Of a stretch of 64,000 nucleotides of DNA, positions 36,754 through 46,711 are shown in pieces. Below the pieces are notes generated by a model. That model was not told where the DNA came from. It saw only the letters and a list, made by a program, of their open reading frames with translations, and did no database searches. The DNA comes from an uncultured Eubacteriales bacterium (GTDB lineage Bacteria > Bacillota > Clostridia > Lachnospirales > Lachnospiraceae): NCBI GenBank assembly GCA_900318755.1, contig ONLT01000115.1, forward strand, positions 6,633 through 70,632, in the 5' to 3' direction. Within the stretch, counting starts at the first letter, position 1. Every line of letters begins with the position of its first letter. The position numbers and the translations under genes were made by a program.

Positions 36754-37920
36754 ATGATGCAGGATGCAGATGTGATTATCATTGGCGGCGGCATCATGGG
36801 ATGCTCTATCGCCTGGCAGCTTTGCAAATTCGGCAGGAAGGTTCTCGTCCTCGAACGGAAGGACGTGGCCGCCGGTTCCGCAGGCGCGACGGACGGCGTC
36901 GTCGGCTACCATACGAAAAAGCCGGGACCTCAGATGGATCTCGCGGTTCAGTCCATCGCGATGTTCCGAACCCTCGCCGACGAGCTCGGCGAGGATGTGG
37001 AATTCGACTTTACCGCGGGCGGCATGCAGCCGGCCGAGGACCGGATGCAGTACGATCTGCTTTCGGAGATCGCTTCGGAGCAGCGCAGAAGCGGCGTTGA
37101 CATCCGCATGATCAGCGGAGACGAGGCGCGCTCTCTCGAGCCGAATCTGGCGGACGACGTCTACGGTGCGCTCTACTGCCCGACGAGCGGTAAAGTCAAT
37201 CCGCTGAAGCTGACAAACGCGTTTGCGCGCGCGGCGAAGCGCCTCGGCGCCGTAATTCTGACGGAGACGGAGGTCACGGGAATGATCATCCGGGACGGGG
37301 CGGTGAAGGGCGTGCGCACCGGCCGCGGCGATTACTACAGCGATGTCGTCGTTGACGCCTGCGGATCCTGGGCGGGGCAGATTGCGAAGATGGCGGGCCT
37401 GGACCTGCCGGTCACACCGAGGAAGGGGCAGCTGGCCGTCACGGAGCCGGTCGATTTCTTCATGCGTGCGACGGTTCAGTGTGCGCGGTACAACATCATC
37501 AAGTTTCGTCCGGAGGCGGTGCGGGATCAGCGCGCCTTAAAGCTCGGCGCGTCGCTCTCCATCGAGCAGACGGAGAACGGAGGAATGATCATCGGAAGCA
37601 CCCGCGAATTCGCCGGTTACGAGAAGGAGAACACATTTGAGGCGATTGATGTGATGATGAAGCGTGCGATCCGGTTCTTTCCGGCTCTGGAGAACGTGGA
37701 CATCATCCGGTTCTTCTCCGGATTCCGGCCCTACACGCCGGACGGCCTTCCGATGCTGGGTGAAACCGCGCCGCTGCACGGATTCTATATGGCGGCGGGG
37801 CATGAGGGGGACGGAATCGCGCTGTCGCCGATTACCGGAAAACTCATCGCGGAACTGATCGCGGAGGGAAAACCGTCCTACAGAATTGATGAATTCAGTC
37901 CGAACCGGTTTCTGAAATGA
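36754..37920 (+). CDS. DAO-family FAD-dependent amine/amino-acid dehydrogenase (PdhB/HcnC/SoxB-like)
   Basis: IGGGIMG, PRKGQ, GFRPYTPDGLP, GHEGDGIALSP. Confidence 0.9.
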   Translation: MMQDADVIIIGGGIMGCSIAWQLCKFGRKVLVLERKDVAAGSAGATDGVVGYHTKKPGPQMDLAVQSIAMFRTLADELGEDVEFDFTAGGMQPAEDRMQYDLLSEIASEQRRSGVDIRMISGDEARSLEPNLADDVYGALYCPTSGKVNPLKLTNAFARAAKRLGAVILTETEVTGMIIRDGAVKGVRTGRGDYYSDVVVDACGSWAGQIAKMAGLDLPVTPRKGQLAVTEPVDFFMRATVQCARYNIIKFRPEAVRDQRALKLGASLSIEQTENGGMIIGSTREFAGYEKENTFEAIDVMMKRAIRFFPALENVDIIRFFSGFRPYTPDGLPMLGETAPLHGFYMAAGHEGDGIALSPITGKLIAELIAEGKPSYRIDEFSPNRFLK

Positions 37921-37924
37921 ACGG

Positions 37925-37955
37925 GCGGCGTCCGATCCGGACGCCGCTTATTTTT
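37925..37955 (+). terminator. Intrinsic terminator
   Basis: GCGGCGTCCG-ATC-CGGACGCCGC-TTATTTTT. Confidence 0.85.
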
Positions 37956-37983
37956 TCTCTTTTTGACAAACCGGTTGCAGCAA

Positions 37984-38018
37984 AGTGTATTATATGATAT
38001 AGTACACCTATAATACAC
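37984..38018. promoter_or_regulatory. YtrA-type GntR operator
   Basis: AGTGTA-N13-TACAC plus an extra TATAATACAC half-site, directly upstream of the GntR gene. Confidence 0.75.
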
Positions 38019-38072
38019 AGGACACTAATGCCGGACACGGAAGTCTGAAACAGGAACGCAAGGAGGCACATC

Positions 38073-38444
38073 GTGATTCAGATCGATTATCAGGATCCGA
38101 GACCGATCTATGAGCAGATCATCGATCGCTTTGAAAAAATGATTCTCTGCGGGATCCTGCAGCCGGATGAGAAGATGCCGTCGGTGCGCCAGATGGCGAT
38201 GGAGCTTTCCATCAACCCGAATACGATCCAGAAGGCGTACACCGTGCTGGAACTTCGGGGTTATATCTATACGGTGAGGGGACGGGGGAGCTTCGTCTCG
38301 GATCCGGCGAAACTGCAGGAGCAGAAACGGGCGCAGTGGATCGAGAAATTTTATGCGAGTCTCGGGGAAGGAAAGACCCTCGGCGTGACGAGAAAACAGT
38401 GCGAGGACGCCTTAAACAGAGTCTATCAGGAGGGGAAGAAATGA
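38073..38444 (+). CDS. GntR/YtrA-subfamily repressor
   Basis: PIYEQI, MPSVRQMA.ELSINPNTIQKAY, GRGSFV; short C-terminus. Confidence 0.93.
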   Translation: MIQIDYQDPRPIYEQIIDRFEKMILCGILQPDEKMPSVRQMAMELSINPNTIQKAYTVLELRGYIYTVRGRGSFVSDPAKLQEQKRAQWIEKFYASLGEGKTLGVTRKQCEDALNRVYQEGKK

Positions 38445-39343
38445 TTGAGCTTAAGAATGTTACGAAACGATTCGGGGAGATTTCCGCGCTGAACCGCGTC
38501 AGCCTGACGGTCAATGATCATCAGATTTTCGGGCTGATCGGTTCAAACGGAGCGGGGAAGAGCACAATGCTCCGGATGATCGCGGGCGTCGTGAAGGCGG
38601 ATTCGGGTGAAGTGCTCATCGACGGGAAGCCGGTGTTCGAAAACCCGGCGGTGAAGCAGGAAATCTGCTTTCTTCCGGATACTGGATATTTCTTCCAGAA
38701 CGCGACGCCGATCGTGATGCAGAGGGCGTATCAGATGCAGTTCCCGAAATTTGACGCGGAGCGGTTCGCAAAGCTGCTCGCCGCGGCGGGACTCTCGCCG
38801 GAGCGGAGGATCCGCACCTTTTCCAAGGGCATGCAAAAGCAGCTCTCGGTGCTTCTGGGCGTGTCTGCGGGGACGAAATATCTGCTGTGCGATGAGATCT
38901 TCGACGGTCTTGACCCTGCGATGCGGCAGGCGGTAAAAAGCATCTTCGCCCGGGAAATGATAGACCGGGATTTTATCCCCGTGATCGCATCCCACAACCT
39001 GCGCGAGCTGGAGGACATCTGCGACCACGTGGGACTGATTCATCAGGGCGGCATTCTTCTCTCGGAGGATCTGGACGATCTCCGGTATCATATGCAGAAG
39101 GTTCAGTGCGTCATCCGGGACCCGGCGAAGGAGGAGCGGCTGCTGGCGGGGCTGGATGTGATGCGGGCGGAACATCAGGGATCCCTTCTGACCTTCATCG
39201 TGCGCGGGACGCATCAGGAAATCATGGATCTGGTTCAGGGGGCGGACCCGCTGTTCGCGGAAAGCATTCCGCTGACGCTGGAGGAAATCTTTATTTATGA
39301 GACGGAGGTGGCAGGCTATGACGTCAAAGCGCTTATTTCATAA
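38441..39343 (+). CDS. ABC transporter ATP-binding protein (YtrB-like)
   Basis: GSNGAGKST, FSKGMQ, CDEIFDGLD, LTLEEIF. Confidence 0.92.
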   Translation: MIELKNVTKRFGEISALNRVSLTVNDHQIFGLIGSNGAGKSTMLRMIAGVVKADSGEVLIDGKPVFENPAVKQEICFLPDTGYFFQNATPIVMQRAYQMQFPKFDAERFAKLLAAAGLSPERRIRTFSKGMQKQLSVLLGVSAGTKYLLCDEIFDGLDPAMRQAVKSIFAREMIDRDFIPVIASHNLRELEDICDHVGLIHQGGILLSEDLDDLRYHMQKVQCVIRDPAKEERLLAGLDVMRAEHQGSLLTFIVRGTHQEIMDLVQGADPLFAESIPLTLEEIFIYETEVAGYDVKALIS

Positions 39344-41354
39344 TCTGATCCGCCAGGATCTGCGGAACAGGCTTTGGCTCGTGTCGATTCTGTCCGCGTT
39401 CGAGCTCCTTCTGATTCCGGTGATCTATCTGATGCAGATGGACTACTATGTCGAGGGCGGATACTGGACGGCGGCGGAGATCGCAAAATCGAGGATGTCT
39501 ACCACGGAGGCATTCTTCGGCACAGAGCAGTGGATTCCGCTCATCGCGGTCAGCGCGTCGGTGGCAGCGTTCACCGGATTCGCCTGGCTCTGCGCCCAGC
39601 GGAAAATTGATTACTATCACGCGATGCCGATGAAACGGGAACATATTTTTCTCGCGTTTTTCACGAGCGGATGGCTGATGGGGACGGTTCCCTTCGCGTT
39701 GTCGGAGCTGATCGCCTTTTACGCGGTGGGCGGAGCGTACCGTCAGGTGACGCGGAGTACTGCCGGTTTATTCTGGAGGTCGCTTCTGATTCTGGCGCTG
39801 CTTTATCTGGCAGTCTACGCCATCGCGGTGCTGGCTATGGTGATGACGGGAAGGGTCGTGATCGGCGTTCTGCTCTCCGTTATGATTGAGGTGTACGCAC
39901 CGGTCTGTCTGCTCCTCTACGGCTGCCTTATGGGAACCTTCAATACGTTCTGGTCGGATAACATTTCTCTGTCGACGGCGCGCTTTCTGTCGCCGCTGCT
40001 CGTGGCATGGCAGACGGGAGAGGGACGGACTGCCGCGCCGGCGGCCGCGCTTCTTCTGTACGCGGCGGCCGCGTTCCTTGCGGGAATCCTCGTTTACCGG
40101 CGGCGTCCGTCCGAGACGGCCGGAGCGGCATACGTTCATCCGCGGATCGCATCGGTAATCAAAGGAATGGTCTCCATTCCGTGCGGACTGTTATTTGTCT
40201 GGTTTTTCTATATGATGTCAGGCAGCTCGGGCAGTCACGCCGCCTGGGCGGTCGTCTGGGCTCTGGTCGGCGCGGTACTTGCGGATGTTGTGATGGAGCT
40301 GGTTCAGCATCTGGATCCGGCTTCCATTCTGAAGGGGTGGCGGTCCGCCCTTGTGATCATCGGCTCAACTGTGGCGCTGATGCTGCTGGTGGTGGCGAAG
40401 CCCTTCGATTATGATCAGTACCTGCCGGCGGAAAGCCGGATCGCGAAGATGGGAATCGCCTGCGATGAGATCAACGGGATTCTGATGCCGGAGACATCTT
40501 ACAGCGGGTACGGGCAGGAGCAGAAGGAGATGGTGAGCCGGACGATGACGTCCGATTTTTCCGAACTCTATGCACTCGCAGAGGAAGGGAAAAAATATGC
40601 CGGCATCCTGAACAGCGATTCGGAGGACAGCACACAGTACAGCAGCGTTGTGCTGGCCTACCGGAAGAAAACGGGAGGCCTCGTGTACCGCAGCTATCAG
40701 ATTCCGCAGGATACGCTCATGGACACGCTTTCCGCCCTCTCGAAGGATGCGGCGTTCCGCAGGAGCGTAAATCCTGCCTATGATATGAAGGCCTCGGAGT
40801 TCAACCGGATCGATCTTCAGAACTGGCTGAACTATCAGCCCTATGAGGAACAGACGACGATCGATCTGTCGCCGTCCGAAGCGCAGCAATTTACGGATGC
40901 GCTGCGAAAGGATATGGATCGCGCGGAGCTCGGAACGCTTCGGGAAGAGAAGCCGGTTCTTGCCGTGACCCGTTCGTATTATTCCGCAAAAGATCAGGAC
41001 TTTGAGACTCCTGAGTACAGCGAGGTTTATGTCTATCCGGAGTATGAGAACACGCTGGCTTTTCTGGCGAAGAAAGGCTTCGTTCCGGAGAAAACCATGA
41101 CCGTCGGGGAGATTGCCGACACATTGAATTCACTTCAGGTTTCATATGTCAGCGGGGAGAAGGATTATTCCGCGACCATCACCGGACGGGACGACATCGT
41201 GAAATTGTTAAGCAGCATCGATCATGTGAGAAGGGACCGGGCGGATTCGGATCTTACGGTTGTCATGACGAGCCGGAAGGGATACGTCAGCTATCCGGAG
41301 TTCCGGATCACAGATGAAACCGCGTTTCGTGCGGTGACGGGTTTTGCGCCCTGA
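39318..41354 (+). CDS. ABC-2-type permease with large extracellular domain
   Basis: About 10 TM segments, DYYHAMPMKRE motif, soluble C-terminal half. Confidence 0.8.
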   Translation: MTSKRLFHNLIRQDLRNRLWLVSILSAFELLLIPVIYLMQMDYYVEGGYWTAAEIAKSRMSTTEAFFGTEQWIPLIAVSASVAAFTGFAWLCAQRKIDYYHAMPMKREHIFLAFFTSGWLMGTVPFALSELIAFYAVGGAYRQVTRSTAGLFWRSLLILALLYLAVYAIAVLAMVMTGRVVIGVLLSVMIEVYAPVCLLLYGCLMGTFNTFWSDNISLSTARFLSPLLVAWQTGEGRTAAPAAALLLYAAAAFLAGILVYRRRPSETAGAAYVHPRIASVIKGMVSIPCGLLFVWFFYMMSGSSGSHAAWAVVWALVGAVLADVVMELVQHLDPASILKGWRSALVIIGSTVALMLLVVAKPFDYDQYLPAESRIAKMGIACDEINGILMPETSYSGYGQEQKEMVSRTMTSDFSELYALAEEGKKYAGILNSDSEDSTQYSSVVLAYRKKTGGLVYRSYQIPQDTLMDTLSALSKDAAFRRSVNPAYDMKASEFNRIDLQNWLNYQPYEEQTTIDLSPSEAQQFTDALRKDMDRAELGTLREEKPVLAVTRSYYSAKDQDFETPEYSEVYVYPEYENTLAFLAKKGFVPEKTMTVGEIADTLNSLQVSYVSGEKDYSATITGRDDIVKLLSSIDHVRRDRADSDLTVVMTSRKGYVSYPEFRITDETAFRAVTGFAP

Positions 41355-41375
41355 CGGCCGGAGGGGGAAGGAATC

Positions 41376-42617
41376 ATGAAGAATAAGCAGAAGCACATCG
41401 TACGAATTCTGATCGCGGCGGGGATCATCGCCGCTGCCGCCGCGTTGTTCTTTTTCATCCGCGGGAGAAGCGGAGGCGGGGGAGATACGGCCGCTGTGGA
41501 GCCGGTCTCTGATTTCACGGGCGGGGATCTTTCCGCGGCGAACCGTTTTTCGGGCGTCGTCGAACCCCAGGATACGTGGTCGATTCAGCAGAACCCGGAC
41601 AGCACCGTGAAGGAAATTCTGGTGAAGGCGGGGGACGAGGTCAAAACAGGGACGCCGCTTCTGACCTATGACGTCGATAAGTATCAGGACGATCTCGCGC
41701 AGGCGGAGATCGATCTGGAGCGGCTGAACAATGAGTCGGCGTCCATCTCGCAGACGGTCGCGGAGCTCACAAAACAGCAGAAAAGCGCGTCTTCGGCGGA
41801 CCGGGCGAATCTGACGATCCAGATGCAGGAACAGGATCTCGCAAAAAAGCAGAAGGACATCGACATCCGCAGCAAGCAGGCGGAAATCGAAAAGCTGAAG
41901 ACGAACATCGCAAATGCGACTGTGACCAGCGAGGCGGACGGCGTCGTAAAATCGGTGAACAGCGCACAGAATTCAGGCGGCGCGATTTCGTCGGATTCCG
42001 GGGACGGGGACAGTCAGGCGCTGATCACGATCATGAAGACCGGGGATCTGCGGGTGAAGGGAACCGTCAATGAGCAGAACATCGGAGAGCTCACAAAAGA
42101 TCAGCCGGTGGTCGTCTACTCAAGGGTCGGAGATCAGACCTGGAAGGGAACAATCGAATCCATTGACACGGAAAACGCGAAGAGCCAGTCGGGCGGAAGC
42201 TACGCGCAGGACGGATCGGAGGAGACAGCCAGCAGCAATTATCCGTTTTACGTGAAGCTGGAATCCTCTGAGGGGCTGATGATGGGCCAGCACGTTTACC
42301 TTGAGCCGGACAACGGCCAGACGGAGAAAAAAGCCGGGATGTATCTTCCGGAATTTCTGATTGACCGGAGCGATGAGGCGCACCCCTTCGTGTGGGCGGA
42401 CCGGAACGGCAGACTGAAAAAGCAGGCGGTCACACTCGGGGAGTACGATGAGGAAAACGGGGCGTATGAAATCCGGAGCGGTCTGAAGAACACGGACCAG
42501 ATCGCGATTCCGGACGGCGCCCTGAAGGAGGGCATGAAGACGGCTCCGATGAGCGGGATGACGGTCAATGGCGGATCGGATGATTCCGGTGACGCCCTGT
42601 ACAGTTCCGGGAGGTGA
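41376..42617 (+). CDS. Membrane fusion (adaptor) protein, YknX/MacA-like
   Basis: N-terminal TM, lipoyl halves (VKAGDEVKTG; TSEADGVV), coiled-coil, YEIRSGL. Confidence 0.88.
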   Translation: MKNKQKHIVRILIAAGIIAAAAALFFFIRGRSGGGGDTAAVEPVSDFTGGDLSAANRFSGVVEPQDTWSIQQNPDSTVKEILVKAGDEVKTGTPLLTYDVDKYQDDLAQAEIDLERLNNESASISQTVAELTKQQKSASSADRANLTIQMQEQDLAKKQKDIDIRSKQAEIEKLKTNIANATVTSEADGVVKSVNSAQNSGGAISSDSGDGDSQALITIMKTGDLRVKGTVNEQNIGELTKDQPVVVYSRVGDQTWKGTIESIDTENAKSQSGGSYAQDGSEETASSNYPFYVKLESSEGLMMGQHVYLEPDNGQTEKKAGMYLPEFLIDRSDEAHPFVWADRNGRLKKQAVTLGEYDEENGAYEIRSGLKNTDQIAIPDGALKEGMKTAPMSGMTVNGGSDDSGDALYSSGR

Positions 42618-42621
42618 TCCG

Positions 42622-43320
42622 ATGATCCTGAAGCTTGTGGATGTCAGTAAAAAGTACAGACAGGGGGAACTGGAAGTGCCGGCGCTCTCACACGTGAATT
42701 TCGAGATGGAGGAAGGGGAGTACACGGCAGTTATGGGACCGTCCGGGTCGGGAAAGTCGACCCTGATGAATCTGATCGGATGCCTCGACCAGGCGACGGA
42801 GGGGGAGATCTATCTGGACGGCCGGCTTGTGAGCCGGTGCAGCGATGACGAGATGGCGGAAATCCGCCTGAACAAGATCGGTTTTATCTTCCAGAGTTTC
42901 CAGCTTCTCCCTTATGAAAGCGCGCTGGAAAATGTCGCCCTTCCTCTTACATACGCGGGCGTCCCGCGAAATGAAAGACTCCGCCGGGCGGAAGAGATGC
43001 TCGGGAAGGTCGGACTGTCGGACCGCACCGGCTTCCTTCCGAACCAGCTTTCCGGAGGGCAGAAGCAGCGCGTCGCCATCGCGCGGGCGATGATCAATCA
43101 TCCGAAAATCCTTCTTGCGGATGAGCCGACCGGCGCGCTGGATTCCGCATCCGGCGTCCAGATCATGGAGCTGTTCCGGGAACTGAACGGGGAGGGTGTG
43201 ACGATTCTGATGATCACGCATGACGCGGCGATCGCACAGCACGCGGAAAAGATCGCCATGATCCGGGACGGCGTTCTGACCGGCCCGGAGAGGGCGCAGG
43301 AAACGGAGGCACGGAAATGA
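42622..43320 (+). CDS. MacB/LolD-type ABC ATPase
   Basis: GPSGSGKST, QLSGGQKQRVAIARA, ADEPTGALD. Confidence 0.95.
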   Translation: MILKLVDVSKKYRQGELEVPALSHVNFEMEEGEYTAVMGPSGSGKSTLMNLIGCLDQATEGEIYLDGRLVSRCSDDEMAEIRLNKIGFIFQSFQLLPYESALENVALPLTYAGVPRNERLRRAEEMLGKVGLSDRTGFLPNQLSGGQKQRVAIARAMINHPKILLADEPTGALDSASGVQIMELFRELNGEGVTILMITHDAAIAQHAEKIAMIRDGVLTGPERAQETEARK

Positions 43321-45386
43321 AAAGGATCCGGTTTAAAAACAGAGGAAAACTGACGGCGGCGGTCGTCACCTGCGCGGTTCTGGCCGGAAGCGCCGCGGGA
43401 GTGACGGCGGCGGTCCGGAAGACGACGGGCGGAGATCAGCGCGTCCTGGTCGTTCCGGTTTCCGATCTCTCCGGCGGATGGTGGAGCAGCGCCGGTTCCG
43501 CGTCGGGAGTGGCGGATGACGGCACGACGCAGAAAATCTACGCGGGAGGAACGGAAACAATCGGTGCGGTCCGCGTGAAGGAAGGCGATGCGGTCAAAAA
43601 GGGCGATGTTCTTCTCACATATGACGCCACAGGGACCAGTCTGAACCTGGAAAAAGAAAAGCTTGACCAGCAGACGATCCGCCTCAGAATCGAGACGGCG
43701 GAGAAGAATCTTGCGACGCTCTCGAAGATCCGGCCGACCGGGAAAGCGACGGAACCCGAACGCGTGGATCCGGCGGAAACAGACGGGGACGGTGGATCGG
43801 AGACGGACGGGGAGCAGGATGGCGCCGAAGGGAATGGGAACAGCGAAATTCCGGACGGGAACGGCAAAACCGGCGGGGAAACCGATCCGGACGGGAATCC
43901 GGGCGAGAAAGACAACGCGGGCGGTTCAGAGGAAACAGGCGGCAAATCCGTGCTCGCGGGCCGTGCGGTCCTTAACAGGTCGCTCACCGCAGACGCCGCT
44001 TATTTCTGGAGAGAGGGCGGCGGATCCGCAGCCGGTTCCGAGGGAAATCCGTACCGGTTTCTCGTGGCCGAAGGCGCGCCCGTGGACAGCGGCTTTATTC
44101 GCCTTTTAAAAGGTCTGAAGAAGGATGCGGACGGGAACGCGTATTTCCTGCTCGAGATCCGCGAGGGCGGAAGCCCGGCGGGAAAGCTGATCCGCATCTG
44201 GGCCCAGAACGCGTCGGATCTGGCTGACGTGGAAGAAACCTGGACGAGTGAGATTCCGAAGAACGGAAGCTTTATTCTCCCGGAGAAGGTAAAGACGGAA
44301 GATCCGCAGCAGGGAGGCGGATCCGGTTCGGGCAATCAGCCGGGCAGCGGTTCCGGTTCGGACGAAAATCCGGGAGGCAGCATCGATCCGGGAAATCAAC
44401 CGGATGGCAGTTCCGATCCGGGCGGAAATCCGGACGGCGGTTCGGGCTCGGACAAAAATCCGGGCAGCGGAAATGCGTCCTCTGCATCTCTTGCGTCCTT
44501 CCCGGTCGTGCTGACCGCGGTCTCATCCCCGTCGGACGCGGCGTCTTCCGCAGACGGGACAGCTTCATCGGACGGGAGCGGATCGAAGGGAGCGGATGAT
44601 CCGGCGGACAGCATCTCCGGAGGAAGCGTCACGCTGATCCCGCAGGACGCGCAGTATACGAAGGAAGAGCTCGCGGACGCGAAGAAAGAGCAGCAGGACA
44701 CGCTGAGGGATCTGCGTCTTGATTACCGCGAATCGGAACTGAAGGTGAGAAGAGCGGAGCAGGCGCTGGCGGACCGCGATGTGAAAGCGGCGTTCGACGG
44801 GACGGTCCGGAAGGCCGGCGATCCGAAGAATCCGCCGAAGGACGGCTCGCCGCTGATCGAGGTCGCCGCCGCTTCTGGGATGACGGTGCGGGGAGGTTTG
44901 TCAGAAGATCAGTACAGCCTCGTGAAGACGGGAGATACCGTCACGGTTCAGTCTTATATGAGCGGAACTACCTGCGAGGCGGAGATCACGTCCATCTCCC
45001 CGTATCCGGACACGACGAATCAGTTCGGCGACAGCAGCAAGACCTGGTATCCGTTTACCGCGGTGATTCAGGATGACAGCGCGGAAATCGGGGAGGGCGA
45101 GTGGCTCGACCTGTCGTTCGAAGCGCCGGAGGACGCCGGAGACAGTGCGCCGCTGATGCTCGACCGGGCATTTGTCCGGACCGACGAGGGAAGCCCCTAC
45201 GTCTATGCCGATGAAAACGGCACACTGAAGAAACGAAGCGTGCAGCTCGGGAAGCTTTCGGGCGGCATGTATGAGATTTTGTCCGGAGTGACGGAGGAGG
45301 ACTCGATCGCGTTTCCGTACGGGAGAAATACGAAGGACGGAGCAAAGACGAAGCGGGGTACCGCAGAACAGATTTACAGCAGTTAA
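43317..45386 (+). CDS. Second membrane fusion protein with large insertion
   Basis: VKEGDAVKKGD / KAAFDGTV lipoyl halves separated by about 350 aa including G/S/D/P repeats. Confidence 0.82.
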   Translation: MKRIRFKNRGKLTAAVVTCAVLAGSAAGVTAAVRKTTGGDQRVLVVPVSDLSGGWWSSAGSASGVADDGTTQKIYAGGTETIGAVRVKEGDAVKKGDVLLTYDATGTSLNLEKEKLDQQTIRLRIETAEKNLATLSKIRPTGKATEPERVDPAETDGDGGSETDGEQDGAEGNGNSEIPDGNGKTGGETDPDGNPGEKDNAGGSEETGGKSVLAGRAVLNRSLTADAAYFWREGGGSAAGSEGNPYRFLVAEGAPVDSGFIRLLKGLKKDADGNAYFLLEIREGGSPAGKLIRIWAQNASDLADVEETWTSEIPKNGSFILPEKVKTEDPQQGGGSGSGNQPGSGSGSDENPGGSIDPGNQPDGSSDPGGNPDGGSGSDKNPGSGNASSASLASFPVVLTAVSSPSDAASSADGTASSDGSGSKGADDPADSISGGSVTLIPQDAQYTKEELADAKKEQQDTLRDLRLDYRESELKVRRAEQALADRDVKAAFDGTVRKAGDPKNPPKDGSPLIEVAAASGMTVRGGLSEDQYSLVKTGDTVTVQSYMSGTTCEAEITSISPYPDTTNQFGDSSKTWYPFTAVIQDDSAEIGEGEWLDLSFEAPEDAGDSAPLMLDRAFVRTDEGSPYVYADENGTLKKRSVQLGKLSGGMYEILSGVTEEDSIAFPYGRNTKDGAKTKRGTAEQIYSS

Positions 45387-45397
45387 GGAGGCCGGTG

Positions 45398-46648
45398 ATG
45401 GGAGAACATATCCGATTCGCCATAAGGGGAATCTGGTCGCACAAGCTGCGGTCGTTCCTTACGATGCTCGGCGTGATTATCGGAATTGCGTCGATTATCG
45501 CGATCGTATCGGCAATTAAAGGGACGAATGACCAGATTATGAAAAATCTGATCGGCGCCGGCAGCAACGCGGTGACAGTATCGCTCCGGCAGGGGAGCGA
45601 CAGCTACGACATGAGCATGGGGACGCCACAGGGCGTCTCTCCGCTCTCCGACAGCCAGAAGGAGCAGATCCGCTCCATCGACGGGGCGGAGGACGCATCC
45701 TTTTACTACACAAGAAGTTATCTGGATTCGGTCCGGTGCGGCACGCAGACGCTCGATATGGCGGGCGCGCGCGGCATCGATTCCCATTATCTGTCGGCAT
45801 CGGGGTACGAGACGTATCAGGGCCGCCCGTTTTCGGAGAAAGATTTTGAGTCCGCACGCAAAATCGTGCTTCTGGACCAGACCGCCGCGGAGTCGCTCTG
45901 CCCGGGTGAATCCGCGGTCGGCAAAGTAATCGAGGTGTCCGGGGAGCCGTTCACGGTCGTCGGTGTGATCCGGCGGGCGGACGGGTTTAAGCCGGTCATC
46001 AACTCTTATCAGGATTACGTGATGTACAATGAACAGGATTTCGGGACGATCTGCTTTCCGGATTCGGTGTGGCCGGTTCTGTTTCAGTTTGACGAACCGG
46101 AGAACTGCGTCATCCGCGCGAAGGAGACGAAGCAGATGAGCCGCGTCGGCAGGGAGGCGGCGGAGATCATGAACCAGTCGGTGCAGAGCGGGGACGGCGG
46201 ATTCACTTATCAGGCGGAGGATCTCGTCGAAAAGGCGAGGGATCAGCAGAATCTCTCGAAGAGCACGAACAATCTTCTGATCTGGATCGCGAGCATCGCT
46301 CTTCTGGTCGGCGGCATCGGCGTCATGAACATCATGCTTGTGTCCGTGACGGAGCGGACCTCCGAGATCGGCCTGAAGAAAGCGCTCGGCGCGAAGAAGA
46401 AGACCATCCTCCTGCAGTTTCTGACGGAATCCGCCATGCTCACCAGCATCGGGGGCGTGATCGGCGTGATTTCCGGTCTGATCCTCGCAAAGGTGATTTC
46501 CGCCATGAGCGGAACCCCGACGGCGGTCAGTGTGCCGGCGATCATCGTGAGCTTTGCCTTTTCGATGCTGATCGGCATTCTGTTCGGCCTGCTGCCGTCT
46601 GTAAAGGCGGCGAATCTGAACCCGATCGACGCGCTGCGCAGGGAGTAA
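45398..46648 (+). CDS. MacB/FtsX-type ABC permease
   Basis: KLRSFLTMLGVIIGI, GGIGVMNIMLVSVTERTSEIG, PIDALR. Confidence 0.95.
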   Translation: MGEHIRFAIRGIWSHKLRSFLTMLGVIIGIASIIAIVSAIKGTNDQIMKNLIGAGSNAVTVSLRQGSDSYDMSMGTPQGVSPLSDSQKEQIRSIDGAEDASFYYTRSYLDSVRCGTQTLDMAGARGIDSHYLSASGYETYQGRPFSEKDFESARKIVLLDQTAAESLCPGESAVGKVIEVSGEPFTVVGVIRRADGFKPVINSYQDYVMYNEQDFGTICFPDSVWPVLFQFDEPENCVIRAKETKQMSRVGREAAEIMNQSVQSGDGGFTYQAEDLVEKARDQQNLSKSTNNLLIWIASIALLVGGIGVMNIMLVSVTERTSEIGLKKALGAKKKTILLQFLTESAMLTSIGGVIGVISGLILAKVISAMSGTPTAVSVPAIIVSFAFSMLIGILFGLLPSVKAANLNPIDALRRE

Positions 46649-46657
46649 CCCGTCCGC

Positions 46658-46686
46658 TTGTAATGTCCTCCGGTTTATCCTATAAT
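46658..46686 (+). promoter_or_regulatory. Sigma-A promoter of clpX-lspA-amidase
   Basis: TTGTAA-17bp-TATAAT. Confidence 0.7.
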
Positions 46687-46711
46687 CAGGGAATAAACAG
46701 GAGGACTTTTT

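Noticed and set aside
34508-37920. Calling the operon hcnABC (cyanide synthase) or sarcosine oxidase
   Set aside because: The modules are shared by several enzymes, the extra ferredoxin subunit does not fit HcnABC, and substrate cannot be assigned from sequence.
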